Origin: Elusimicrobia bacterium RIFOXYA2_FULL_50_26
GTDB taxonomy: Bacteria > Elusimicrobiota > Endomicrobiia > Endomicrobiales > XYA2-FULL-47-53
Assembly: GCA_001800355.1 (NCBI GenBank)
Contig: MGVF01000038.1
Location: forward strand, 1 to 42,591
Length of the DNA stretch: 42,591 nt
Direction: 5' to 3'
The notes beneath the pieces were generated by a model. It saw only the letters and a list, made by a program, of their open reading frames with translations, ran no database searches and was not told the DNA's origin. Of the stretch, positions 1-8,533 are shown one piece after another; the stretch's first letter is position 1, and every line of letters begins with the position of its first letter. The position numbers and the translations under genes were made by a program.

Positions 1-2
1 TA

Positions 3-3000
3 TCCAATCCATTAATTGACAAGGCTGCGCTTGAGTTGGCAGTAACCGAAGCCGCGCGGCTCGCTTCAAAAATAAGAACGCTTCCCAACCAGTTGTTAAG
101 CGTCGAACTGGTGTATCAGTTGGTAAAAACCTTTTCAGTATGGGCTGGAAGAAATGATATGTTCGACAGTAACGGCTTAATATGGCGTATCGCAAGCAAT
201 ACGGGCGTGCAGGCCGTTATCGCTCAAAAAGAGAGCATATCACCCGAGGATCTCAGCCAGCTTTCCGACCATTTTCAGGAAATAATCAAAGGCCATGCCG
301 TGCGCCAGGACAGGTTAGCCGAAATCGCCAAAGGCAATGCTCTTATAAGCGCAATAGTAAATGTCCCGGGTGTGCGAGATTTTATAAAAGGCAGGGAAAG
401 CAATCCATATCCGCAGTACCAGGGTGGCGCGGTTGATGAAGCGATTCTTAATAAAGTTCTTGAATTGTACGATATTGGAAAGAATGTCATCGAAGCCGGA
501 ACGCTCAGAGATAACGTGTTCTTAATCAGGACTGACAAGGGTTCATTCGTTTTTAAAAAACCGCGCTATCGCAATAACGATGGCCTTGTTGGATATGAGG
601 CCTCTATTGTCGGCGCACTGGAAGGCGCAGGTATGCGGGCCAGCAGAATACTTCCCGCAAGATCCGGGAATTACACTTCTGAAATCGGGGGAGATAAATA
701 TGTGTTATATGAATATCTCCCGGGCAGAAGCCTTCATTGGGGCGAGGTTGACGGCGTTGATCTTGAGGCAAGTGCGGCAACACTTGCTAAAATTCACGAT
801 GTGCTTAAAGATTTTCATCCGGCTGGCCGGGAGTATCATCAAAATGAATTGCCGCCCGTTATCGGCATATTCAACATGAATGAACGCCTCGAAAAATTAG
901 AGAGATTGTTAATAGAGTTGCGGCGGCGCGGGCCGCCCTATTCAAATGTTGAGAAGCTTTGTTTTGACAACCTGCAAAATCTTCAACATAATATTGAAAC
1001 CATTCGCCGCAACATCACTCCCGCCGTGGTTGATCGCCTTCCGCAAACCATTATACACGGAGATTATCACCAGGATAATTTGGTATTTTATGCCAGAGGC
1101 CGCGCCAAACCCGCCGTCGTAGACTGGGAATATGCAAGAAAAGATGCCCGTGTGCGCGACCTGGCAAACGGTTGCATAACCGAAAGCCACACAGACGGCA
1201 CAAGCCTCGGCGCGGAAAAAATCCGTAAATTTATCGCCGCCTACCAGGCAAACACAAATACACCTCTTACGCCGGATGAATTATCAATACTGCCCGACAT
1301 ATACCGCCTCTGGTACCTGGAAATCATACTGCTGAACCTTGAAATGTATAATGACAATACGTTGTATCCCAACGCCCGAAGAGTCGTAACGGAACAGGTA
1401 GAAAATTTAAAACTCATTGATTCAATTGACTGGGGTAATATAGTGGAAGTCCCCGCCGCGTTAACCTTATCGCATACGTACACACTTGGTAGATTCATAT
1501 CAGGGAAAGTATTGAGATTCGCGCTTGGCAGTATTGGCTATCAGCCGGCGATAGTTACTGAGCAGAATGTTATGGATCGCTGGACGGAGCTTGTCGTGGC
1601 GCCGTTTATTGCGGTGTGGGACATAGTTGTTCACACATTGAAACTGATTATTGCTGCCGCGACGGGCAGTCTCAAGCCCGATGGGGATTACTACCGCATC
1701 GCCGGAGCCGGCATAATCTGGACGGCAACCTGGCTTGCCTGGCAGCTCACCGGCGACATCCCTATAACATACCTCGCCAACGCCTCAACCCACGCCATCT
1801 ACAACCTCTTCTTCGGCGCCGGCACAAAAGCCAACGCACCGCTGACGGTAAAAAAGGATGCTCGTGGAGAAATTTCTGGTAAATCTGGCACTGCCCTGAA
1901 CCCGGGAAAGCCTGGCGCCGGAGCCGTGGATATTGATTACGTAGACGAAATAACTAAGGCATTTCCCGGCGATATAACTATGGGTTTTGAATTGTACTTC
2001 CTGGTTTCTGATCAGCTCAAATTATCGCGGGGGAGTACAGTTAGTCCCGAACAGGCCGATTCCGTCCTTAATGAAATTAAGAAGGTGCTGCCCCCACATT
2101 GGGAGTTAGTGCCCGGCAAGGGGGCGTCCAATGGCATGAGTTATGAAATTAAGACTTGGCGCGATGCAGGCATACCTTACCAGAATTTGCCTTCCGATTG
2201 GCGCAATATCATACGAGGCATCCAGGATATTCAGAAGGCATTGCCCGGCGGCTTTTATGTTATACATATGCATACCGGCCAAATATCCAAAACAAAGGAT
2301 GAACGGCTAAATGTAAACTATTTTGAGTTGGCACGCATAGTAAAAGTATACGAGGCTATGTGGCGTGCTTTAGCCGGGCGCGGATACAGCAGGGCATTAT
2401 ACGAAGGGCCTGCGCGTGCGCAACAAAGTTTTGATTATTCGCCGCGTGCATTAGCTTTGCGCGGCAAAGTTGAAACGTTAGCCGACTCTGCTGTTCTTGA
2501 TGTTGCAGATTCGCGGGACCATGTAAAGATGATTCATGTTTGTGACGAACACCCGGATTCAATAGAAGTCAAGATAGTGGATGGGTTGTTAAATGAGTCA
2601 AGACTCCTGGACATTGGCCTGTTAATTCAAAATATCTGGTGGATATTTTCGCTGACTGAATTTATGACTAAAAAACAGGTAAATTATGATGAACAAGAAG
2701 AAATGCCGTTAGTCCTCCTTGGAAATCCCGTAGTTGCAGGCCAAAAACCCGGCCAGGCGCAAATAGATGGATTTATTGAACTATTCTATGCGAATGATCC
2801 TGTCGGGCGGGCTTTAGCTTATAAGCAATTCTCGACGCTTGGTAATGAGCCGGCGGGCATGGAAGAAAACGAGATTATTGCGCGCGAGCGCAGGATGGAG
2901 CATCTTTATGAATTAAGAGGGCTCGGGGAAATCTATAGATTGCACAAATTCCATGGGGGGCGGGATAAAAATATTGAAAGCGATTTGTTGAACCCGCCGG

Positions 3001-5150
3001 TATTGCGTAAAATGGCTGGAGACTTGATCAAAGGCGCAGAATATTTTGGCGAATACCCTGCTGCGGATACGCGGCAAATGAAACGGATATTCACACAAAA
3101 ACTAAGAAATGCAATCGCGCTGGAATTTGAACGAATAAAAAATGAAAAGGCTTTTGCTCCCGTTAATGCCATTGTAGACGAGTTGATGGCCGCTTATTCC
3201 GGTAAGTATTCCGCGGACATTCCGCGGACGAAGTTGTTTGACGGCATTTGCGCCGTATTCGGGGTAGATTTTAAGTCGGAAAAGGAGCGGGATGCCCTTG
3301 TGCCGCAATTGCTTGAAAAGTTTTCCAGATTGCCACCGCAAGAGAGAAAAAATGTAAAAACAACAATTATAGAAACTCTTCCGCAAACAACATGGCACGC
3401 ATCGGCAGCACACAGGTTTATGCCGCTGGCGTTGGCGGCTGGCAAGGGGTTCCGCAGGCCAAATGCGAATAAACTTGATACTGTTCTGCTGGCTTGGCAC
3501 TATGTTAAATCATCCGGCCTTGCCGGAGTTGTTGATAAGTTCGGTGCGGCGGTGGTTGATGATAACGGGCGGGAATATATCAATATGTATATAGTGAAAG
3601 AAATGCCGGAATCCGGCGGGGATTGGGATTGGAAAAATTTTGGGATAAACGTAAATGGCAAAACAGTATGGGTGGCTGTAAAGGATGGTGCGCTGGTATT
3701 CTTCGTTGACGGTGTGGATGGCGGAGATGCCATACATGCTGTCAATGAGGCGATAACAAACAAAGGGAATATTGCAGGCGGCAGGAGGTTGACCCGTAGG
3801 TTGAGAAGGCTTCTAAAATCAGCGAATGTGGATTTGAAAGCCGCCGGTTTTAATACCGGCTTGATTGTTGATCATGCCGCTTCCGGTAAAGAGATGCATT
3901 ATGGCAAGGACGGCAGCATGGTAGTCTCCGGCGGCGTGTTTGAAGAAATGCCGGGCATGAGACTGCGGGATTCGATATCCGTAAAACTTGGCGAACTCAT
4001 GGCGGTGAGAAATTCCGAGAGTTTTGTGATGGGGCGTTCCAACAGTTTATATTTAGACATTGATCGTAATAGCGGCAAAGAGGCTGTCAAAAAGAAGTTG
4101 ATTGAAAATATACGTGTCTCCGACAAAACAATGGGCGCAATGATAATAATAGATGATTTTGTCATAAATATGCTTGGCGAGGATGCGATCGGCAAAATGT
4201 CCGAACTTGCAAGAAAGAATGGTGTTGAAATTTGCGTCAATTGCGGGCAAGCCGCGGCGGATGGCGACCGCTACATAGAGATGGGATTTATATACTCTGA
4301 AAATGCCGGTAATAAATTCCTCATTCACACCCTGGACGATAAAATAGAAGAGTCGGACATAATAAGCGGGTATGAAACCATGGAGCAGTTGCGGAGTATG
4401 TACGGCAAATCCGGAAATATCAACAAAACCCTCAAATCCAGCGAACTTGCGCGGCTGATGAAAGGCGGAGAGAGGGATATGCTGGAGTTAATCGGCATAA
4501 CCGAATTTTTCAGGACTATGATTCTGAGTATGCACAGCGCGGATGTGATAGACCGCGAATACGTCCGAAACGTGGCGCACTCGTTTGCAAGAAACAGCCT
4601 CGCTGTGTCCGAAGCTGACCTCGATATCCTTGTGCAAGCGGCTTGCAAGGGCAATGCTTTCATGGCCATTAAAGATAAAAAGATAGGCTGTGCAAACACG
4701 TATTTGGAAAAGATGAAGCTTGACCTTGAAAAAGCGGGAAGAACGGACGAGATACCGGCATTATCCGAAGAGTTTTCAAAAGCCGTGATTGAGCGTATGC
4801 TTGCGCTAAATAAGCTTAAGAATGTTGAGCTTGCCGATTTCACCCATGAAAAGATTCTCGGCCAAAAATTGCTGCTGCAACGAAAATTTGGAACCGCGAC
4901 GGAAGGGGCGACGATAACCGCCGAATCATTTACCGAACAATACGGCAATTATACGCCCGCCCGATTTTACGGCCGTCTTAACTTGAAGATAAAAGAGTTA
5001 TGCAGCCGGCCGGAAAATGACGCCGCGGCCATAAATGCGCTTATAGAGCTTATTCCAAGCCTTGCCGAACGAAAAATGAAGCAGGAAAATATAAAGAAGG
5101 AACAAATGTTTAACGCCGATTCGGTGGGTGATACATTGAAAGCGGCATAA
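3..5150 (+). CDS. Giant multidomain protein, 5'-partial: APH/homoserine-kinase-type-II-like phosphotransferase + membrane module + amidoligase-like domain + C-terminal region
   Basis: Frame is open from nt 3 with no stop before the TTG at 36, so the true start is probably upstream of the window. APH motifs: FVFKK, IIHGDYHQDNL (~1050-1082), VVDWEYA. Hydrophobic segment ending HAIYN (1791-1805). MGFE..YEIK..HMH..SIEVK pattern at ~1975-2580. Confidence 0.85.
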   Translation, partial: SNPLIDKAALELAVTEAARLASKIRTLPNQLLSVELVYQLVKTFSVWAGRNDMFDSNGLIWRIASNTGVQAVIAQKESISPEDLSQLSDHFQEIIKGHAVRQDRLAEIAKGNALISAIVNVPGVRDFIKGRESNPYPQYQGGAVDEAILNKVLELYDIGKNVIEAGTLRDNVFLIRTDKGSFVFKKPRYRNNDGLVGYEASIVGALEGAGMRASRILPARSGNYTSEIGGDKYVLYEYLPGRSLHWGEVDGVDLEASAATLAKIHDVLKDFHPAGREYHQNELPPVIGIFNMNERLEKLERLLIELRRRGPPYSNVEKLCFDNLQNLQHNIETIRRNITPAVVDRLPQTIIHGDYHQDNLVFYARGRAKPAVVDWEYARKDARVRDLANGCITESHTDGTSLGAEKIRKFIAAYQANTNTPLTPDELSILPDIYRLWYLEIILLNLEMYNDNTLYPNARRVVTEQVENLKLIDSIDWGNIVEVPAALTLSHTYTLGRFISGKVLRFALGSIGYQPAIVTEQNVMDRWTELVVAPFIAVWDIVVHTLKLIIAAATGSLKPDGDYYRIAGAGIIWTATWLAWQLTGDIPITYLANASTHAIYNLFFGAGTKANAPLTVKKDARGEISGKSGTALNPGKPGAGAVDIDYVDEITKAFPGDITMGFELYFLVSDQLKLSRGSTVSPEQADSVLNEIKKVLPPHWELVPGKGASNGMSYEIKTWRDAGIPYQNLPSDWRNIIRGIQDIQKALPGGFYVIHMHTGQISKTKDERLNVNYFELARIVKVYEAMWRALAGRGYSRALYEGPARAQQSFDYSPRALALRGKVETLADSAVLDVADSRDHVKMIHVCDEHPDSIEVKIVDGLLNESRLLDIGLLIQNIWWIFSLTEFMTKKQVNYDEQEEMPLVLLGNPVVAGQKPGQAQIDGFIELFYANDPVGRALAYKQFSTLGNEPAGMEENEIIARERRMEHLYELRGLGEIYRLHKFHGGRDKNIESDLLNPPVLRKMAGDLIKGAEYFGEYPAADTRQMKRIFTQKLRNAIALEFERIKNEKAFAPVNAIVDELMAAYSGKYSADIPRTKLFDGICAVFGVDFKSEKERDALVPQLLEKFSRLPPQERKNVKTTIIETLPQTTWHASAAHRFMPLALAAGKGFRRPNANKLDTVLLAWHYVKSSGLAGVVDKFGAAVVDDNGREYINMYIVKEMPESGGDWDWKNFGINVNGKTVWVAVKDGALVFFVDGVDGGDAIHAVNEAITNKGNIAGGRRLTRRLRRLLKSANVDLKAAGFNTGLIVDHAASGKEMHYGKDGSMVVSGGVFEEMPGMRLRDSISVKLGELMAVRNSESFVMGRSNSLYLDIDRNSGKEAVKKKLIENIRVSDKTMGAMIIIDDFVINMLGEDAIGKMSELARKNGVEICVNCGQAAADGDRYIEMGFIYSENAGNKFLIHTLDDKIEESDIISGYETMEQLRSMYGKSGNINKTLKSSELARLMKGGERDMLELIGITEFFRTMILSMHSADVIDREYVRNVAHSFARNSLAVSEADLDILVQAACKGNAFMAIKDKKIGCANTYLEKMKLDLEKAGRTDEIPALSEEFSKAVIERMLALNKLKNVELADFTHEKILGQKLLLQRKFGTATEGATITAESFTEQYGNYTPARFYGRLNLKIKELCSRPENDAAAINALIELIPSLAERKMKQENIKKEQMFNADSVGDTLKAA

Positions 5151-5216
5151 TCCCGGATTCGATATTGCATAGCATTTTAAGCTGATTTTGTGATTTATTT
5201 TGCTTAAAATATAGCA

Positions 5217-5245
5217 TTGACAACAATAAATTTATCTGCTATATA
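5217..5245 (+). promoter_or_regulatory. Putative sigma70 promoter for the kinase/fibre cluster
   Basis: Perfect TTGACA (5217-5222), 17-nt spacer, TGc-TATATA as an imperfect extended -10, in an AT-rich intergenic region. Confidence 0.5.
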
Positions 5246-5272
5246 TAGTATACCTTTACGAAAGCATAACCA

Positions 5273-5405
5273 GTGTCTTTTTAGCGTTTAGAAGTTGTCG
5301 TCGTCATTGCGAGCCCAAAGGGCGCGGCAATCTCGCCTTTCATCAGGAGCAACGTCTAGATTGCTTCGCTGCGTTCTCAATGACCTCAAACTGCTAAATA
5401 GACAC
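5273..5405. mobile_element. ~133-bp MITE/REP-like palindromic element, family A, copy 1
   Basis: Terminal inverted repeats GTGTCTTTTTAGC / GCTAAATAGACAC. Core GTCATTGCGAG...GCAATCT...AGATTGCTTCGC...CAATGAC. Close copies at 23906 and 41525. Confidence 0.8.
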
Positions 5406-5563
5406 CATGACCACATAATGAAACATAAGCTCCGTTCATTTATCCCAATCAGATGCAGTTCCGTAAATCGGAGGCGGGCTGAAATACAGGGATAAAGCGA
5501 TGGGGTTTTTCTTTTCGTTCGCCGACGTTCGTTGTATAAATTTCCAGGGAGAAAATAACTGCG

Positions 5564-8500
5564 ATGTCAGAGAAAAAACCTAAAGAACAGATAATCTTCA
5601 ACGACCAGTACCTGGTTATCAAAAAAATAGGCCAGGGCGGTTTCGGCATTGTATGGGAAGCGTTCGATTTTAGCCTGAAGAATTTCGTGGTAATCAAGGA
5701 GTTGCTTGAAGATTTTGCCGAAACCAGATTTATAGAGATGTTTTACAAGGAAGCGCTGATCGCAAAGAACCTGATTCACGACAATATCGTGCGCGTCCAG
5801 CATTTCTGGAAGGGTGATAACGGGTCGTACTATATCGTAATGGATTACGTAGTGGGGCGCGACCTGGGACACCTGCTTAAAAAATGCGCCGAAAAACAAA
5901 TGAAATTGCCGTGGGAGCTGTCGGTTTTCATATGCGGTTCCATGCTAAAAGCGCTTGATTACGCCAATCGCCTTGCCAAGGACGTTACAACAGGCAAGCC
6001 CTACGGCATAGTTTACAGGGATGCTTCGCCCGGCAACGTAATGATATTTTTTGACGGCAACGTGAAGCTGAGCGATTTCGGCATTGCAAAGACAGCCGAG
6101 GAACTGGGACGCAAGAGCAAGCAACGTATAATAACCGGCAAGTATGCCTACATGTCGCCGGAACAGATTCACGGCGATTCCGACATTGATCACCGTTCGG
6201 ATATATATTCGGTCGGCATCGTGCTTTATGAGATGCTTTCCAATTTGCAGCTCTACAAGGGAACTTCGGACGCCATACACAAGCAGGTTACGGAAGGAAA
6301 AATAGATCTAAAGCCGCTTGAGGACATGCAGGTGCCGCATGAACTTATAGAGATCGCGCTTAAAGCCTTGGAAAAGGACAGGGAGAAACGTTACCAGACG
6401 GCCCTTGAAATGTTCCGCGATCTGCGCAGGCTGCTTAAATTCAAGGAAACAGAAGAGCTTTCCGCGGAACTTGCGGCATTTACAAGCAAGGTAATGGCCG
6501 AAGAGCTGGAAGGCGAAGATACGTTGCTTGACTGGGTACGCCAGATAAATCTTCAGGATGTCAAAAGCGATAAGGATGTAAAAAGGATTTACTGCAGGGA
6601 TTTTATCATGGGCGATCAGTCCGCCCCGGAACAACCGGCGCAGCCGCCGGTTACTTCTGGCGATGCGGAAGCGCCTAAGGATACTGTGTCGCTTGAGGTA
6701 AAGAGCAGTGATCCCGCTCCGGCGGCGCCGCCGGTAAAGGTACGTGTTCCCGAGCGGAAAAAAGCGCCGGCCCCGGCAGCGGTAGCGGAGCATAAGGTGG
6801 AAGAGCGCGGCAAAACGGTATTCGAAGAAGTAGGCGACTGGCTGGCAAAAAAGTTCAAGGTTTACAAAAAGCGGATGTTGCGCATTTCTATAGCTGTTGC
6901 GATTGCCGCCGTATTGTTTATGGCCGCCGATACGTTCATGCAGATTACGCCGCTGGGTAAAAATATTTACGCGCACCTTTACCCGCCCGACGTCGTTATA
7001 ACAACCGTGCCGGGTGGCGCCCGTGTTTCGTTGCAGACACGGGATGGCAAGTATATATTGTCAAATGCGGATTCCGTTTACCCTGTAGAATTAAGAAAGG
7101 TCATACCGCAAAGTTATGTGCTTACAGCTGAAAAGGAAGGCTATAAGCCTTTCGAGCGTGTCATAAAGATAGAAGAAAAAGGCGCCGGTTCCAAAACCGC
7201 GCAGCGCATAAATATTGTTTTTGAATTTGTTCTTAATATCAATTCAGATCCTTCCGGCGCGGATGTGTTTATTGACGGCAATAAGTTCGGCGTTACTCCA
7301 TGGAAAGGAGATTTAGTCGCGGGTGAACACACGGTAAAACTCATGTTGTCCGGTTATGAGAATCTCGGTTCAGAGGCAAAGGAATCTCACGAGGGCCAGT
7401 GCAGCCTTGATTTCACCCGTGCCACGGATAGTGAAATATTTTCAGGCATTGATAAAGTTTACTGGAAGTACGACATAACAAGCGAAAGCGGTGTCAAAAC
7501 ATTTAATCTTGCCGGCGCGCTTTTTAAACGTTACAACATCACTTCCTCGCCCAACGGGGCGTCGGTGTACGTAAATGACGAGCCGCAGCGGCGCGCCATG
7601 ACTCCCGCCGTAATTCCATTTAAAAACGGGGAATATTCGCTGCGCCTTACCGACGCTAACGGGAGATACGAAGAAACGAGAAGAACGCTGAAGGTTGACA
7701 AGGAATCCGACAACAAGGTTTTTGTCGTAATGAATCGGTGGCTTAAGGTAAAAGTCGGCATAAAGGATGAGCCTGGAAAGCCTGTCGGCGCCACGGTCAA
7801 GATAACCGGAACAGGCAATTCGTTTTCGGCCGAGAAGAAAATAACCAGTGATAAACCGGTGAGGTTTGCGTTGCCGCGGGGCAAATTCAAAATAGTTTTC
7901 GATGCGGGCAAGGAATATAAATTATTGACTTTTAAGAACTTTGAAATCGGCGAAACCGGCGAACTTGCCGGCCACATGGAATACAGCGATACAACGTTAA
8001 AAGTTATAGTGAAGGAAACGGCCACGCAAAAGCCTATAGGCGATGCCTACCTGTGGATGCGCGGTCAGATAGCAGGCAAAACAGACAGCAGCGGCTTCTG
8101 GGAAAATACTGTAATTTGTGGTACCGGGACCATACGCATAGTTGCCAAGGGTTACGCCGAGAAGACTCTTGATTATAATGTTATACCGGGCGCAAAGGAA
8201 GATAACTCACTTCTTGTTTCCCTTGATCCGGAACTCCCGGCGGCTTTGCCCAGGCCGTCATCGCCTGTGTCGTCAGGAAACGCTAATAATAAGCGCGATG
8301 AGGTTGTGGTGCCCGGTCGTGCCGGCGGCTCGATCAGATACATTGAAAACCCTGTAACGAATAAGCCCGTGATAAGCGATACTAACCCGGACAGGAGCCG
8401 CGTTGTAATTATCTGTCCGAATTGTAAAAAAGAATACCCTGCAGGTTCCAGGAAACTACGGTTTTGCATTAATTGCGGCAAACCTCTTAAATGGGAATGA
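5564..8500 (+). CDS. Membrane-anchored Hanks-type Ser/Thr protein kinase with PEGA repeats and C-terminal zinc ribbon
   Basis: Kinase motifs IGQGGFGIVW, VVIKE, YRDASPGN, DFG, GKYAYMSPEQ, SDIYSVG. Pro/Ala linker, TM ISIAVAIAAVLFMAA, PEGA-like INSDPSGADVFIDG..GVTP and ITSSPNGASVYVND, terminal CPNC..FCINCG. Confidence 0.93.
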   Translation: MSEKKPKEQIIFNDQYLVIKKIGQGGFGIVWEAFDFSLKNFVVIKELLEDFAETRFIEMFYKEALIAKNLIHDNIVRVQHFWKGDNGSYYIVMDYVVGRDLGHLLKKCAEKQMKLPWELSVFICGSMLKALDYANRLAKDVTTGKPYGIVYRDASPGNVMIFFDGNVKLSDFGIAKTAEELGRKSKQRIITGKYAYMSPEQIHGDSDIDHRSDIYSVGIVLYEMLSNLQLYKGTSDAIHKQVTEGKIDLKPLEDMQVPHELIEIALKALEKDREKRYQTALEMFRDLRRLLKFKETEELSAELAAFTSKVMAEELEGEDTLLDWVRQINLQDVKSDKDVKRIYCRDFIMGDQSAPEQPAQPPVTSGDAEAPKDTVSLEVKSSDPAPAAPPVKVRVPERKKAPAPAAVAEHKVEERGKTVFEEVGDWLAKKFKVYKKRMLRISIAVAIAAVLFMAADTFMQITPLGKNIYAHLYPPDVVITTVPGGARVSLQTRDGKYILSNADSVYPVELRKVIPQSYVLTAEKEGYKPFERVIKIEEKGAGSKTAQRINIVFEFVLNINSDPSGADVFIDGNKFGVTPWKGDLVAGEHTVKLMLSGYENLGSEAKESHEGQCSLDFTRATDSEIFSGIDKVYWKYDITSESGVKTFNLAGALFKRYNITSSPNGASVYVNDEPQRRAMTPAVIPFKNGEYSLRLTDANGRYEETRRTLKVDKESDNKVFVVMNRWLKVKVGIKDEPGKPVGATVKITGTGNSFSAEKKITSDKPVRFALPRGKFKIVFDAGKEYKLLTFKNFEIGETGELAGHMEYSDTTLKVIVKETATQKPIGDAYLWMRGQIAGKTDSSGFWENTVICGTGTIRIVAKGYAEKTLDYNVIPGAKEDNSLLVSLDPELPAALPRPSSPVSSGNANNKRDEVVVPGRAGGSIRYIENPVTNKPVISDTNPDRSRVVIICPNCKKEYPAGSRKLRFCINCGKPLKWE

Positions 8501-8533
8501 TGCCGGTATTTTTCCAAGAAAAGGAACGTTCCT

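Noticed and set aside
5449-5485. SRP (4.5S) RNA
   Set aside because: Only a superficial resemblance; it lacks the conserved GGAA tetraloop and the CAGG/AGCAG internal loop.
5295-5495. 66-aa ORF, and similar ORFs at 23927-24180 and 34643-34876
   Set aside because: They are read through MITE/REP elements; the same peptide (SSLRAQRARQS) recurs wherever the element does.
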